A DNA stretch of 63,489 nucleotides, the filler included, from Neolecta irregularis DAH-3 (lineage: Eukaryota): assembly GCA_001929475.1 (NCBI GenBank). It is 10 parts of 10 records of this genome, joined end to end, with 100 filler letters (N's around TTAATTAATTAA, not from the genome) between each part and the next. Parts side by side here need not be neighbours in the genome. Positions count along the whole stretch, not along the records: positions 60,207 to 63,489 come from LXFE01004436.1; 9 more parts are not named here. One strand, 5' to 3'. The position numbers were made by a program, and so were the translations under genes. Every line of letters begins with the position of its first letter. Within the stretch, counting starts at the first letter, position 1. The notes under the pieces were generated by a model. The model did no database searches. It was not told the DNA's origin and saw only the letters and a list, made by a program, of their open reading frames with translations. This document shows positions 63,051-63,489 of this stretch, one piece after another.

Positions 63051-63489
63051 CCATCTTTTACGGTGTGGTGTAAAAAGACCGGCATCGGCTGGATACGGTA
63101 TGGTGTGGGAAGGCCGCTACGCGAGCGGTAGAAGTGTGCGAGGGTGTTGGCGGGGCAGTACATGGCACCAGGGGGGGCAGTGCCCCGGGTGGAGAGGGCA
63201 GCTGGGATTGGAGATATCGGGTGGGAGTAGAAGTGTGGTATGAGAACCTAGAGTATTGGGGCCCGTGATTCTCAATCCACCGCCAAAACCTTCTCCTGTC
63301 CCAGTCCAACTCCTTTATTTTCCTACCCGTTCGCAGCGGACGCATCGATTATTTCGGTTATCTTGCTGTAGCACTTCCGCCCCGCATCTCGCTTGCTTCT
63401 ACCGCGCGCCCCCGCCTGCGTCGCTGCACTCTGCCTCGACGGTTTCCTCACCACCCCGCCTCCTCCCGCGCCTTGCTCGTCTCTGCCCA

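Overview
Eukaryotic, gene-dense, intron-rich fungal DNA. It consists of ten contig pieces joined by nine artificial 100-bp linkers (N44-TTAATTAATTAA-N44), so adjacency across linkers is not established. The gene set (Byr4, Ebp1/AFF-like, Fta4, Tea1/Kel1, Rbd2 with SHP box, Mtf1, glycogenin) and the very short introns point to an early-diverging ascomycete; a Neolecta-like member of Taphrinomycotina is my inference, not a database result. About 30 housekeeping genes are recognisable once introns of roughly 29-46 nt are removed by eye. Several are not recovered as recognisable whole proteins in the ORF track: XRCC4, TMEM223, Pop7/Rpp20, Bet5 and a 66-aa Duo1-like gene. The most notable observations: (1) an apparent in-frame fusion of the queuine tRNA-ribosyltransferase accessory subunit (QTRT2/Qtr2) to an EEF1AKMT4-like lysine methyltransferase; (2) an intron-bearing Argonaute pseudogene with C-to-T nonsense codons beside a minisatellite; (3) ultra-short introns with relaxed splice sites and several GC-AG introns; (4) GC-rich peaks whose G/C skew flips across the peak irrespective of gene direction; (5) a hAT-like non-autonomous element next to an orphan secreted-protein gene and a truncated duplicate of its 3' flank; (6) Pop7 and Duo1-like genes whose stop codons abut with no intergenic base. 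Gene coordinates span introns and were assembled manually.
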